A stretch of 42,818 nucleotides of DNA from Marinilabiliaceae bacterium. Its GTDB lineage: Bacteria; Bacteroidota; Bacteroidia; Bacteroidales; Marinilabiliaceae. Of this stretch, positions 34,822 to 42,818 are shown in pieces. The translations under genes were made by a program, and so were the position numbers. Under the pieces are notes generated by a model. It was not told where the DNA came from and ran no database searches. It saw only the letters and a list, made by a program, of their open reading frames with translations. Position 1 is the first letter of the stretch, and the number at the start of each line of letters is the position of its first letter. Where the stretch lies: assembly GCA_027034005.1 (NCBI GenBank), contig JALVJU010000091.1:1-42818 (forward strand), given 5' to 3'.

Positions 34822-35021
34822 AGCTTGATACGCAGATACAAGCCAATGGTTTCTTTTTTTTTATTTTTTTTCGTCAGAACAGGGGAAAGGATAACAAGGC
34901 ACAGTGAAGAAGTAACGCAGGCGTAGCATTAGCTAAGGTGAGAAGCTTCAAACGAGCATTTTTTTCAATAATAGTGTGACTTTGGAGGTTGCTGCAGAAT
35001 GACTCTTACGGATTTAAGGCT

Positions 35022-36434
35022 TTAAAAGAATTCTCTGTGAATGGCACTAATGGCGGTATCCCTGTCCGAAGCAGCGACGATGAAATAAGTAGCAACAGAT
35101 GAGGCGCCTGAAACTATCATTCGGATATTTATGTTCTCACGGGCCAGGGCAGAAAAAATACGGCCCGCCACACCCGGATGTTCTAGAAGGCCTTCTCCGA
35201 CCGTTGCGATAGTTGAAAGTTGTTCGATAGCTTCTATCTCGGTAATGGCGCTCAGGCCAAGTCGTTCTATCACCCTGAAAGCGCGTTTTATGTCCTTAGC
35301 AGAAAGCAGGAGATTAATGGCGATCTGGCTTGTTATTACCGATTTTATGTTTATCCCGGCATGATCAAGGGCTCCAGACACCTTGGCAAGAACACCCCTT
35401 TTAACACCCACGCCTGCTCCGCGAAGTTTCAAAACACAAAAATCATCACTATAGGTTACACTTTTGATTATCCCGTCGGTAATGGTCTCGCTGCCATGCA
35501 CCTTTGTGCCAAATGAGATCTTATTTTCAAATGTGTCGATGTTAAGTATCCTGATCGGAATTGCTGTCTCTTTAAGTGGCTCCACAGTGCGGGGATGAAG
35601 TATTCCTGCCCCGAAATATGAAAGTTCGGCAGCTTCGGTATAGGTAAGGCTTTTGATCAGCACAGGCCTGTCCACAAGTTTTGGGTCGGCACTCATAAAA
35701 CCGTCCACATCTTTCCACACATCAAGGGACGCGGCTTCGAGACATCTTGCAAGGGCTGCTGCCGAATAATCGCTTCCTCCCCTGCCAAGCAGTGTGACCT
35801 TCCCCTCTGCCGACACACCGTAAAATCCGGGCACAACATACACTTTGTCTCCTGCCAGTCTCTTTTTCACAAGTGTTTCGGACCTTTTGAAGTCTACAGT
35901 TGCATTGCCGAACTCGCCGTCGGTTGTCAGGGGCATGTCCTCCGGCAATGCCTCTTCGGCATCAATGCCGTTGTTCTTAAGTATTGCCGCCAGCAGGAGC
36001 GAGCTCAGCCTTTCGCCATAGCTCAGTATTACATCTTCCACGAATTCAGGCACTTCACCAATGTAATGTATCCCTGTAAGATAACGTTTGAGTTCTGCTA
36101 CTCTCTGCTCTATCAGTGCCAATGTTTCTGTTGCTATCTCTCTATCGGTAAAATGCTCTTTTATCACTTCTTCTTTCATCGAAAGAAGAAAATCGGTCAG
36201 GGAATTTATTTCGCCTTCATCTTTTTTCACCGCCTCAAGTGACTTGATAAGGCGGTTAGTGATCCCATAAAATGCGGAGACAACAATGACCATAGGCCTG
36301 TCGTATGCTTTAATCACTCTTACCAGTTTGAGGATGTCTTTCTTTTTCTTCAGGTTTGATCCCCCGAATTTGGCAACTATCTTCTTCTCAATGCCATCTC
36401 TGTTTTTTAATTCCCTGTTTCCCATCAGATGCAA
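35022..36434 (-). CDS. lysC: aspartate kinase
   Basis: 470 aa. VAKFGGSNL, GRGGSDYSAAALA, ELSYFGAGILHPRT, two C-terminal ACT-like repeats. Confidence 0.9.
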   Translation of the reverse strand: MHLMGNRELKNRDGIEKKIVAKFGGSNLKKKKDILKLVRVIKAYDRPMVIVVSAFYGITNRLIKSLEAVKKDEGEINSLTDFLLSMKEEVIKEHFTDREIATETLALIEQRVAELKRYLTGIHYIGEVPEFVEDVILSYGERLSSLLLAAILKNNGIDAEEALPEDMPLTTDGEFGNATVDFKRSETLVKKRLAGDKVYVVPGFYGVSAEGKVTLLGRGGSDYSAAALARCLEAASLDVWKDVDGFMSADPKLVDRPVLIKSLTYTEAAELSYFGAGILHPRTVEPLKETAIPIRILNIDTFENKISFGTKVHGSETITDGIIKSVTYSDDFCVLKLRGAGVGVKRGVLAKVSGALDHAGINIKSVITSQIAINLLLSAKDIKRAFRVIERLGLSAITEIEAIEQLSTIATVGEGLLEHPGVAGRIFSALARENINIRMIVSGASSVATYFIVAASDRDTAISAIHREFF

Positions 36435-36508
36435 TAATATTTTCGGGTAAGCTTTAGCATTCTTGTTTTTTTTTTATTTCGTGCAAAACTACTTCAAACA
36501 GTTTAATT

Positions 36509-37462
36509 TCAAAATAAAAAAAGGGGCTCTATCTTTTTGCTGTGCATACCTTTTGTGCCGTTATGCATCATTGCCGTCAAAACCGATATGCTTTCTTCTG
36601 CAATTTTCTCAAGAGGTTTTGTGAGATATACTATTTCTTTGCTTACGATTTCAAATGCAGGCGAGTACCCAAAACTGCCAAATGAAATTTTATCAAATTC
36701 AGGGATTTCTACCTTCTTCCGGATATTAAGTGCAGTGAAAACCAGCTCCGGGCTTTCAAACATGATGGCATTAAACCCCTTGTGTGCCATAGTCTTTAAA
36801 ATCTTCCCAAGCTTTTTCTCATTATTTTCATGGTCAATAAGAAAAATATGCTCTCCCTGCATCGAAAAACGTTCGATGTAATTTTCGCTAAACCCCTTTT
36901 TCAGATCATTGTTCCCCTTTTTCAGCCCAACATATCCAATAGTTCGCTTCCCGCGCGTATACCAGTATCCTATCAGTTTTTTTACTCCGTTTTTTGAATC
37001 TGTGGTTATCGATGAAATGTTATCATCGCCGTTCCCGATCCTGACGGCAGGGATATCCGTTTCTTTTGCTTCAAAAGGCCCCAGAAGAACGATCCCGTCA
37101 ACTTTTCTTTCCTTCATTTCTGCTATTAGTTTTTCTGTCAACAGGTCATCACCACCAGTTATGCCCAATACTGTATGGTAACCATAGCTCAGCAATTTCT
37201 TTTCAATATGTTCTGCCAGCACGGCATTTTCATATTTCCTCAGGTCAGGAACAATGAGGCCTGCCGTCATGCTTTTCCCCATCGAAAGGTTTCGCGCAAG
37301 TACATTGGGCTTGTACCCCATATCTTTTGCCAGTTTCAGCACACGCTCTTTTGTTGACTGACTGATCTTGTACCTGTCCGACTTTCCGTTGAGTATAAGT
37401 GATGCCGTTGTCTTGCTGACCCCTGCCTTCCCGGCAAGTTGGTTCAGGGAAATATTTTTCAT
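36509..37462 (-). CDS. LacI family transcriptional regulator
   Basis: 317 aa. N-terminal HTH ISLNQLAGKAGVSKTTASLILNG...YKPNVLARNL, followed by a periplasmic-binding-protein-like fold. Confidence 0.9.
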   Translation of the reverse strand: MKNISLNQLAGKAGVSKTTASLILNGKSDRYKISQSTKERVLKLAKDMGYKPNVLARNLSMGKSMTAGLIVPDLRKYENAVLAEHIEKKLLSYGYHTVLGITGGDDLLTEKLIAEMKERKVDGIVLLGPFEAKETDIPAVRIGNGDDNISSITTDSKNGVKKLIGYWYTRGKRTIGYVGLKKGNNDLKKGFSENYIERFSMQGEHIFLIDHENNEKKLGKILKTMAHKGFNAIMFESPELVFTALNIRKKVEIPEFDKISFGSFGYSPAFEIVSKEIVYLTKPLEKIAEESISVLTAMMHNGTKGMHSKKIEPLFLF

Positions 37463-37555
37463 TGCTAAAACTGTTTAGTACAACAAAACTAAATAATTGT
37501 CACCTTTAAAGCAAACACTTATAAAAAATAGAATTGAAATATTATTAAAATATGA

Positions 37556-37563
37556 TAACTTTG
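37556..37563 (+). promoter_or_regulatory. candidate Bacteroidota-type -7 promoter box for the ABC-2 operon
   Basis: TAACTTTG matches TAnnTTTG and lies 44 nt upstream of the ATG at 37608. Confidence 0.3.
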
Positions 37564-37607
37564 TGAATATTTATTAACCCAGAATATATAATTAATCTAC
37601 CCGGATC

Positions 37608-38555
37608 ATGATTTTTTTAGAAGCAAAGAAGGTTGTAAAAAAGTTTGCCAACCATGTAGCGCTCAACAAGGTAGACCTTGAAGTGCCCGAAAACTCCATC
37701 TATGGATTGTTAGGCCCCAATGGCGCTGGAAAGACAACCCTTATACGGATAATCAACCAGATCACAGGCCCTGATGAAGGTGAGGTTCTCATCAACGGAA
37801 GGCCATTGCAACCTACAGACGTGCACAATATTGGCTATCTTCCTGAAGAACGCGGGCTGTACAAAAAGATGAAAGTGGGAGAGCAGGTTGTTTATCTTGC
37901 ACAGTTAAAAGGATTGAACAAAAGAGATGCCCTCAAAAAACTCAAATATTGGTTTGAGAAGTTTGAGATACAGGCATGGTGGAACAAAAAAGTAGAAGAG
38001 TTGTCGAAGGGCATGCAGCAAAAGATACAGTTCATTGTCACTATCCTGCACGAACCTAAATTGCTGATTTTCGATGAGCCGTTCAGCGGCTTTGACCCGA
38101 TCAACACAAATCTTCTCAAGGAAGAGATTCTGAAACTCAGGGACAAAGGTGCTACCATCCTTTTCTCGACACACAACATGGAATCCGTCGAAGAATTGTG
38201 TGACCACATTACCCTGATAAACAACTCCAAAACCATCCTTCACGGAGCTGTGGACCAAATAAAGCAGGATTTTAAGGAGAACGTAGTGGAACTCATATTC
38301 TCAGGAGATGAAAATATACTCAGGTCAAAGCTGAATGATCCTTTTTCTATCCGCGATATAAAGAACATCAACAATCACACCAAGGCATACATAGAACTGG
38401 GAAATACGGGAACCATTAATGATCTGCTTAACATTCTCATAAAAGACATTGAGATAAACGGCCTTACGGAAATACTGCCAAGTATGAACCAGATATTTAT
38501 ACGGGTCGTCAGTGAAAGCAATCAGACAAAACCTGTAGAAACGGTAACTGCATAG
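37608..38555 (+). CDS. ABC transporter ATP-binding protein (ABC-2/NatA-like)
   Basis: 315 aa. GLLGPNGAGKTT, LSKGMQQKIQF, LLIFDEPFSGFD, FSTHNM. Confidence 0.9.
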   Translation: MIFLEAKKVVKKFANHVALNKVDLEVPENSIYGLLGPNGAGKTTLIRIINQITGPDEGEVLINGRPLQPTDVHNIGYLPEERGLYKKMKVGEQVVYLAQLKGLNKRDALKKLKYWFEKFEIQAWWNKKVEELSKGMQQKIQFIVTILHEPKLLIFDEPFSGFDPINTNLLKEEILKLRDKGATILFSTHNMESVEELCDHITLINNSKTILHGAVDQIKQDFKENVVELIFSGDENILRSKLNDPFSIRDIKNINNHTKAYIELGNTGTINDLLNILIKDIEINGLTEILPSMNQIFIRVVSESNQTKPVETVTA

Positions 38556-38603
38556 AAAAAATCCAATCCATTTTAAAACATCAAACCAGAAACTGACCAG
38601 ATC

Positions 38604-39956
38604 ATGAGTAAAATAGGACTTATAATAAAAAGAGAATACACCTCCAGGGTAAAGAAAAAAAGTTTCATCGTAATGTCCATAATCGGGCCGTTGCTTTTTG
38701 CTGCAATGTTCGTCCTGCCCGCCTGGCTGTCGTCCCTGGAAAGCACATCGGAGAAACATATTGCGATTGTCGATGACACACAAAAATATGAAGGCGCCAT
38801 CAGCGATACGGAATCCATGAAATTCACTTGGCTGAACAGTGCCAATGAAGAATCATTGAAATCGAATTACAAAAATATGGGATTCGATGCATACGTGATA
38901 ATCAGCGATGACCTGCTGAAAGACCCCAGTGCAGTGAAGATATATTCCGAAACACCGGTTACCATCAACATGAAACAACACATCAGGCGAGACCTTGAGA
39001 AATACCTGGAAAAGGAAAAACTTGAGTCATTCAATATCTCAGGGCTTGACGAGATAATCAAGAACATTAACAACACTACTGTCCATGTCTCCACTATCCA
39101 GCTTGGTGAGAAAGGGACAGAAAAAGAGAGCTCTACCGAGCTTACTATGATAGCTGCCATTGTTTTTGCCATGCTCATTTACTTTTTTGTCCTGATGTAC
39201 GGCACACAGGTCATGCGGGGTGTTGTGGAAGAAAAGACCAATCGTATAGTTGAAGTGATCATATCCTCGGTAAAACCATTTCAACTCATGATGGGCAAAA
39301 TAATCGGCATAGCAATGGTCGCACTTACACAGTTTTTCCTGTGGATAGTCTTCACTATCCTTATCATCACAGGCATAAAATTCGCCCTTTTCCCCGGCGG
39401 GGAGATGCCCACGCGAATGGACAAGCAGATAGAGATGATACAGGCCGATGCCGGACAGGACGGTTCTGTTGCCGCAAATTCAGACTTTGCAGAAGAATTC
39501 ACCAAAATAATGGAAAAGGCCAACAGCCTGAACCTGCTGGGTTCCATCCTCGCATTTTTCTTCTTCTTCATAGGGGGATACCTGCTTTATGCAGGCCTAT
39601 ATGCCGCCGTGGGCGCTGTTATTGACAATGAGACAGACAGCCAGCAGTTTGTCATGCCCATAATCATGCCGCTCATCCTGTCCATCTATATTGCAATGGT
39701 AGCATTCCGCTCACCTGACAGCGACATTGCATTCTGGTTCTCAATGATCCCATTCACCTCCCCCATAGTGATGATGGCAAGGATACCGTTCCAAATACCC
39801 ACATGGCAGGTATTGCTTTCAATGGCGATACTTACTGCAAGTTTCATTTTTACTACATGGTTTGCAGGAAGAATATACCGCACAGGGATATTAATGTATG
39901 GTAAAAAAGTGACATACAAAGAGATATGGAAGTGGTTTTTGTATTCGGGGAAATAA
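38604..39956 (+). CDS. ABC-2 type transporter permease (NatB-like)
   Basis: 450 aa. One N-terminal TM, a large extracytoplasmic loop, then five or more TM helices. Immediately follows the ATPase gene. Confidence 0.8.
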   Translation: MSKIGLIIKREYTSRVKKKSFIVMSIIGPLLFAAMFVLPAWLSSLESTSEKHIAIVDDTQKYEGAISDTESMKFTWLNSANEESLKSNYKNMGFDAYVIISDDLLKDPSAVKIYSETPVTINMKQHIRRDLEKYLEKEKLESFNISGLDEIIKNINNTTVHVSTIQLGEKGTEKESSTELTMIAAIVFAMLIYFFVLMYGTQVMRGVVEEKTNRIVEVIISSVKPFQLMMGKIIGIAMVALTQFFLWIVFTILIITGIKFALFPGGEMPTRMDKQIEMIQADAGQDGSVAANSDFAEEFTKIMEKANSLNLLGSILAFFFFFIGGYLLYAGLYAAVGAVIDNETDSQQFVMPIIMPLILSIYIAMVAFRSPDSDIAFWFSMIPFTSPIVMMARIPFQIPTWQVLLSMAILTASFIFTTWFAGRIYRTGILMYGKKVTYKEIWKWFLYSGK

Positions 39957-39961
39957 TTTAA

Positions 39962-40046
39962 TTTTTTATTTTTTTGTTTTGTTTCAAAAACCTGACAGGT
40001 TTTTGAAACCTGTCAGGTTTGAAAAACAAAAAAATAAAAAAACAAA
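39962..40046. repeat. large imperfect palindrome with a perfect 15-bp core stem
   Basis: AAACCTGACAGGTTT (39988-40002) and AAACCTGTCAGGTTT (40006-40020) are exact reverse complements separated by TTG. TTTCAAAAACCTG-A-CAGGTTTTTGAAA (39982-40008) is also a perfect 13-1-13 palindrome. The flanks are a T-rich left arm and an A-rich right arm. Confidence 0.85.
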
Positions 40047-40052
40047 CACACC

Positions 40053-40988
40053 ATGCGCATTGCGGTAATCGACATAGGAACAAATACGATAAATCTTTTA
40101 ATCGCTGATACGAGGCAGGACTATTCTTACAATATCATCCTGGAAACGGCATATCCTGCCAAACTCGGCAAGGGCGGTATCAACGATAAAATGTTGCTTC
40201 CCGAAGCTATGGATAGGGGCATGACTGCCTTAAAAACGCACCTTGAAACCATTCAACGCCACGGTGTGGAGAAGGTAGCCTGCATTGCAACTTCTGCCAT
40301 GCGTGATGCAAAAAACAGCAGGGAATTCATTCGTCGGGTGCGTGAAGAACTTGACCTTAACATAAAGATCGTCGACGGTAAAAAGGAGGCACAGTTGATC
40401 TACGACGGAGTAAAACAGGTTGCTCCGATTGGGAGAAAGCCTGTCATGATACTGGACATAGGAGGCGGGAGCAACGAATTTATCATTGCAAACAGTGAGG
40501 GAGTATTGTGGAAACACAGCTTAAACCTTGGAGTGGCAAGGCTTCTCGACATGTTCCACCCTTCAGATCCTATAACAAAAGATGAGATAAAAAACCTTGA
40601 ACGATATTTCAGGAAAGAGCTGGAGATGCTTTTTGAAACCATGCAGCAGTACTCTGTTGAAACATTAATAGGGGCAAGTGGTTCATTCGACACAATGGCT
40701 GCGATGATAGCTGCCGAGCATCATCCACATATCGACATCATGCTTTCAACTACATATTTTATCCCGGTTGAACATTTTTTCGACTGGAACCGAAAATTGC
40801 TGCGATCGAACTACAAAGAGCGGCTTTCAATGAAAAAAATGGCAATTCACAGGGTGGATACGATTGTTTTGGCAGGGATTTTTATTAACTTCATACTGCG
40901 GGAGCTGAAGATAAAAGAGATATGGCAATGCTCCTTTGCCCTTAAAGAAGGAACGATTTTTCAGATAATTCATGACCAACTCAGATAG
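40053..40988 (+). CDS. Ppx/GppA family phosphatase (exopolyphosphatase-like)
   Basis: 311 aa. IAVIDIGTNTINLLIAD, ATSAMRDAKN, ILDIGGGSNEF (ASKHA-fold phosphate motifs). Confidence 0.85.
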   Translation: MRIAVIDIGTNTINLLIADTRQDYSYNIILETAYPAKLGKGGINDKMLLPEAMDRGMTALKTHLETIQRHGVEKVACIATSAMRDAKNSREFIRRVREELDLNIKIVDGKKEAQLIYDGVKQVAPIGRKPVMILDIGGGSNEFIIANSEGVLWKHSLNLGVARLLDMFHPSDPITKDEIKNLERYFRKELEMLFETMQQYSVETLIGASGSFDTMAAMIAAEHHPHIDIMLSTTYFIPVEHFFDWNRKLLRSNYKERLSMKKMAIHRVDTIVLAGIFINFILRELKIKEIWQCSFALKEGTIFQIIHDQLR

Positions 40989-40994
40989 TTAACT

Positions 40995-42158
40995 ATGGCA
41001 AGAATTTTAGTGATCGATGATCAGAGAAGCATAAGAAACACCCTTAAGGACATTCTCGAATACGAGAAACATGAGGTTATCACAGCAGAAAACGGAGAAG
41101 AAGGCGTAGAACTTTATGAAGCGGAGAAGCCGGATGTTGTCCTTTGTGACATAAAGATGCCTAACATGGATGGAATGGAGGTTCTGGAAAAGATCATGTC
41201 GATGCCGCACGATGCACCTGTGATAATGATCTCAGGACATGGGAACATCGACACTGCTGTTGATGCGATTAAAAAAGGAGCTTACGATTTTATAGAAAAA
41301 CCTCTTGACCTGAATCGTTTACTTGTTACAGTTCGCAATGCCATAGAGAAGAAGGACCTTGTGGTTGAAACCAAGATACTGAAAAGAAAAGTGAGTAAGG
41401 CCTACGATATGATAGGTGAATCCGAGGCTATCCGGAAGGTTAAGGACATGATCGACAAAGTGGCAAGAACCGATGCCAGGGTACTTATTGCCGGAAGTAA
41501 CGGAACGGGGAAAGAACTGGTGGCAAGGTGGCTTCACGAGAAAAGCAACCGGGCAGATGCACCGTTTGTAGAGGTGAATTGCGCTGCCATTCCTTCAGAG
41601 CTGATCGAAAGTGAGCTTTTCGGGCATGAGAAGGGAGCTTTCACATCTGCTCACAAACAACGCAAAGGAAAGTTCGAACAGGCAAATGGCGGTACTATCT
41701 TTCTTGATGAGATAGGTGATATGAGCCTTGCAGCCCAGGCCAAAGTTCTGCGGGCACTTCAGGAAAATGTGATAAGCCGCGTGGGTAGCGATAAAGAAAT
41801 CAAGGTGGATGTAAGGGTAATTGCAGCCACGAACAAAAACCTGCAGGAAGAGATAAAAAAAGGAACATTCCGTGAAGACCTCTATCACAGGCTCAGTGTC
41901 ATACTGATACATGTACCTTCACTCAACGAGCGTAAAGAAGACATTCCGTTACTTGCTCAGCACTTTAACGAACTTATCAGCAGCGAGCTTGGAATAGCTA
42001 CCAAAGAGATTGATGAATCCGCAATCAAAGCGTTGCAGGAGATAAACTGGTCAGGAAACATCAGGGAGTTCAGGAATGTTATCGAGCGGCTCATCATCCT
42101 GTGCAACAAGACAATAACCAGAGAGGACGTGGAGGCTTATGCCAAACCCATTGCATAA
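40995..42158 (+). CDS. sigma54-dependent response regulator (REC + AAA+), no C-terminal HTH
   Basis: 387 aa. ILVIDDQRSIRN, VLCDIKMPNMDG, GSNGTGKELVARWLH, ESELFGHEKGAFTSA (GAFTGA variant), FLDEIGDM, RVIAATN, REDLYHRL. Ends about 12 aa after the AAA+ lid. Confidence 0.9.
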   Translation: MARILVIDDQRSIRNTLKDILEYEKHEVITAENGEEGVELYEAEKPDVVLCDIKMPNMDGMEVLEKIMSMPHDAPVIMISGHGNIDTAVDAIKKGAYDFIEKPLDLNRLLVTVRNAIEKKDLVVETKILKRKVSKAYDMIGESEAIRKVKDMIDKVARTDARVLIAGSNGTGKELVARWLHEKSNRADAPFVEVNCAAIPSELIESELFGHEKGAFTSAHKQRKGKFEQANGGTIFLDEIGDMSLAAQAKVLRALQENVISRVGSDKEIKVDVRVIAATNKNLQEEIKKGTFREDLYHRLSVILIHVPSLNERKEDIPLLAQHFNELISSELGIATKEIDESAIKALQEINWSGNIREFRNVIERLIILCNKTITREDVEAYAKPIA

Positions 42159-42167
42159 AACAGGTGC

Positions 42168-42818
42168 ATGCGTAAAGAAAAGGATTACATAGGCGAGAAA
42201 GATATTCCTGACAATGCTTTATACGGGATACACTCCCTACGTGCAAAAGAGAACTTTCCCGACAACACACCTTTTCATATCGAATGGTACAAAGCCATAG
42301 GAACGGTAAAACAGGCTTGTTACCTCACATATCAGAAGTTCAAAAAGGCAGTAGTTGAAAAGTACGATCAGGAAAAACTTCCGCACGAATTTATAGATGA
42401 TACAGTGATTACAGCACTTGAGGTCTCTGCTTCCAAAGTAAGTTCGGGAGAATTTTTCGATTCATTCATTGTTCCTGCCATACAAGGGGGGGCAGGGACA
42501 TCTATTAACATGAATGTGAACGAGATAATCACCAACTCTGCACTTATCCTGCTGAACAAATCTCCCGGAAGCTACGATGTTGTAGATCCCATAGAACATG
42601 CCAATGTCTTTCAGTCAACCAACGATGTTGTGCCCACAGCATTAAAAGTGGCAACAATACAGTTACTAAACGTTTTAGAGGATAAGATTAATGCTCTTAG
42701 AAAAGAGATAGAAACACAGGAAGGCAAAACAAGAAATGTTATTAGGCAGGGGTATACACAGATGCAGGAGGCCGTTCCCACATCGTTCGATAAGCTTTTC
42801 AGCAGCTTCAACAATGCC
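42168..42818 (+). CDS. aspA: aspartate ammonia-lyase-like (fumarase/aspartase superfamily), N-terminal 217 codons; continues past the window end
   Basis: Not in the ORF track because it is open at the window edge. ATG at 42168: MRKEKDYIGEKDIPDNALYGIHSLRAKENF, QGGAGTSINMNVNEIITN, FQSTNDVVPTALKVA. The YG.H.LRA.ENF and GGAGTS versions favour aspartase over FumC. Confidence 0.75.
   Translation, partial: MRKEKDYIGEKDIPDNALYGIHSLRAKENFPDNTPFHIEWYKAIGTVKQACYLTYQKFKKAVVEKYDQEKLPHEFIDDTVITALEVSASKVSSGEFFDSFIVPAIQGGAGTSINMNVNEIITNSALILLNKSPGSYDVVDPIEHANVFQSTNDVVPTALKVATIQLLNVLEDKINALRKEIETQEGKTRNVIRQGYTQMQEAVPTSFDKLFSSFNNA

Noticed and set aside
37892-39919. Multiple 77-152-aa minus-strand ORFs across the ABC-2 ATPase and permease genes
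   Set aside because: All are antisense to ORFs with clear Walker and ABC-2 membrane signatures, and none has motifs of its own.

Overview
This is a 42.8 kb stretch of bacterial chromosome, and no tRNA, rRNA, CRISPR array or transposase was recognised. Gene content and signals look Bacteroidota-like, which is an inference from TAnnTTTG-type -7 boxes, TTG/GTG starts, a DUF4271-like gene next to hemD, rnpA-yidD and many lipoproteins. All calls come from reading motifs in the supplied translations and the DNA; no searches were run.

Left part (1-11.5 kb): housekeeping and small accessory genes. These are the ilvB 5' end, a NifX-like protein, an FNR-like Crp regulator, polyprenyl synthase, ArsR plus QueD, a lipase-like lipoprotein, an MNT/HEPN toxin-antitoxin pair, LOG, HemD, RnpA and YidD.

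Centre (11.6-34.8 kb): 22 consecutive minus-strand genes form a signalling super-locus with two units.
- Unit 1 is a complete chemosensory operon: YfiR-like > MCP > STAS > CheY > CheA > CheW > CheW > CheR > histidine-kinase-like protein lacking the phospho-His > CheD > CheB.
- Unit 2 follows a 448-nt spacer and contains no MCP, CheA or CheW: TM-GAF-PAS-PAS sensor > CheR > degenerate CheR > receiver-less CheB > TM-GAF > TM-GAF-PAS-PAS-PP2C phosphatase > SiaB-like kinase > SiaC-like (DUF1987) > TerB/FHA-like ABCG-type transporter > lipoprotein > small secreted protein.
- Unit 2 is the best candidate for an undescribed system. It may be a methylation-tuned Thr-phospho partner switch whose output is an exporter rather than a diguanylate cyclase.

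Right part (35-42.8 kb): aspartate kinase, a LacI regulator, an ABC-2 transporter pair, a large AT-armed palindrome with a perfect 15-bp GC-containing core, Ppx/GppA, a sigma54 activator without a DNA-binding domain, and the 5' part of an aspartase-like gene.
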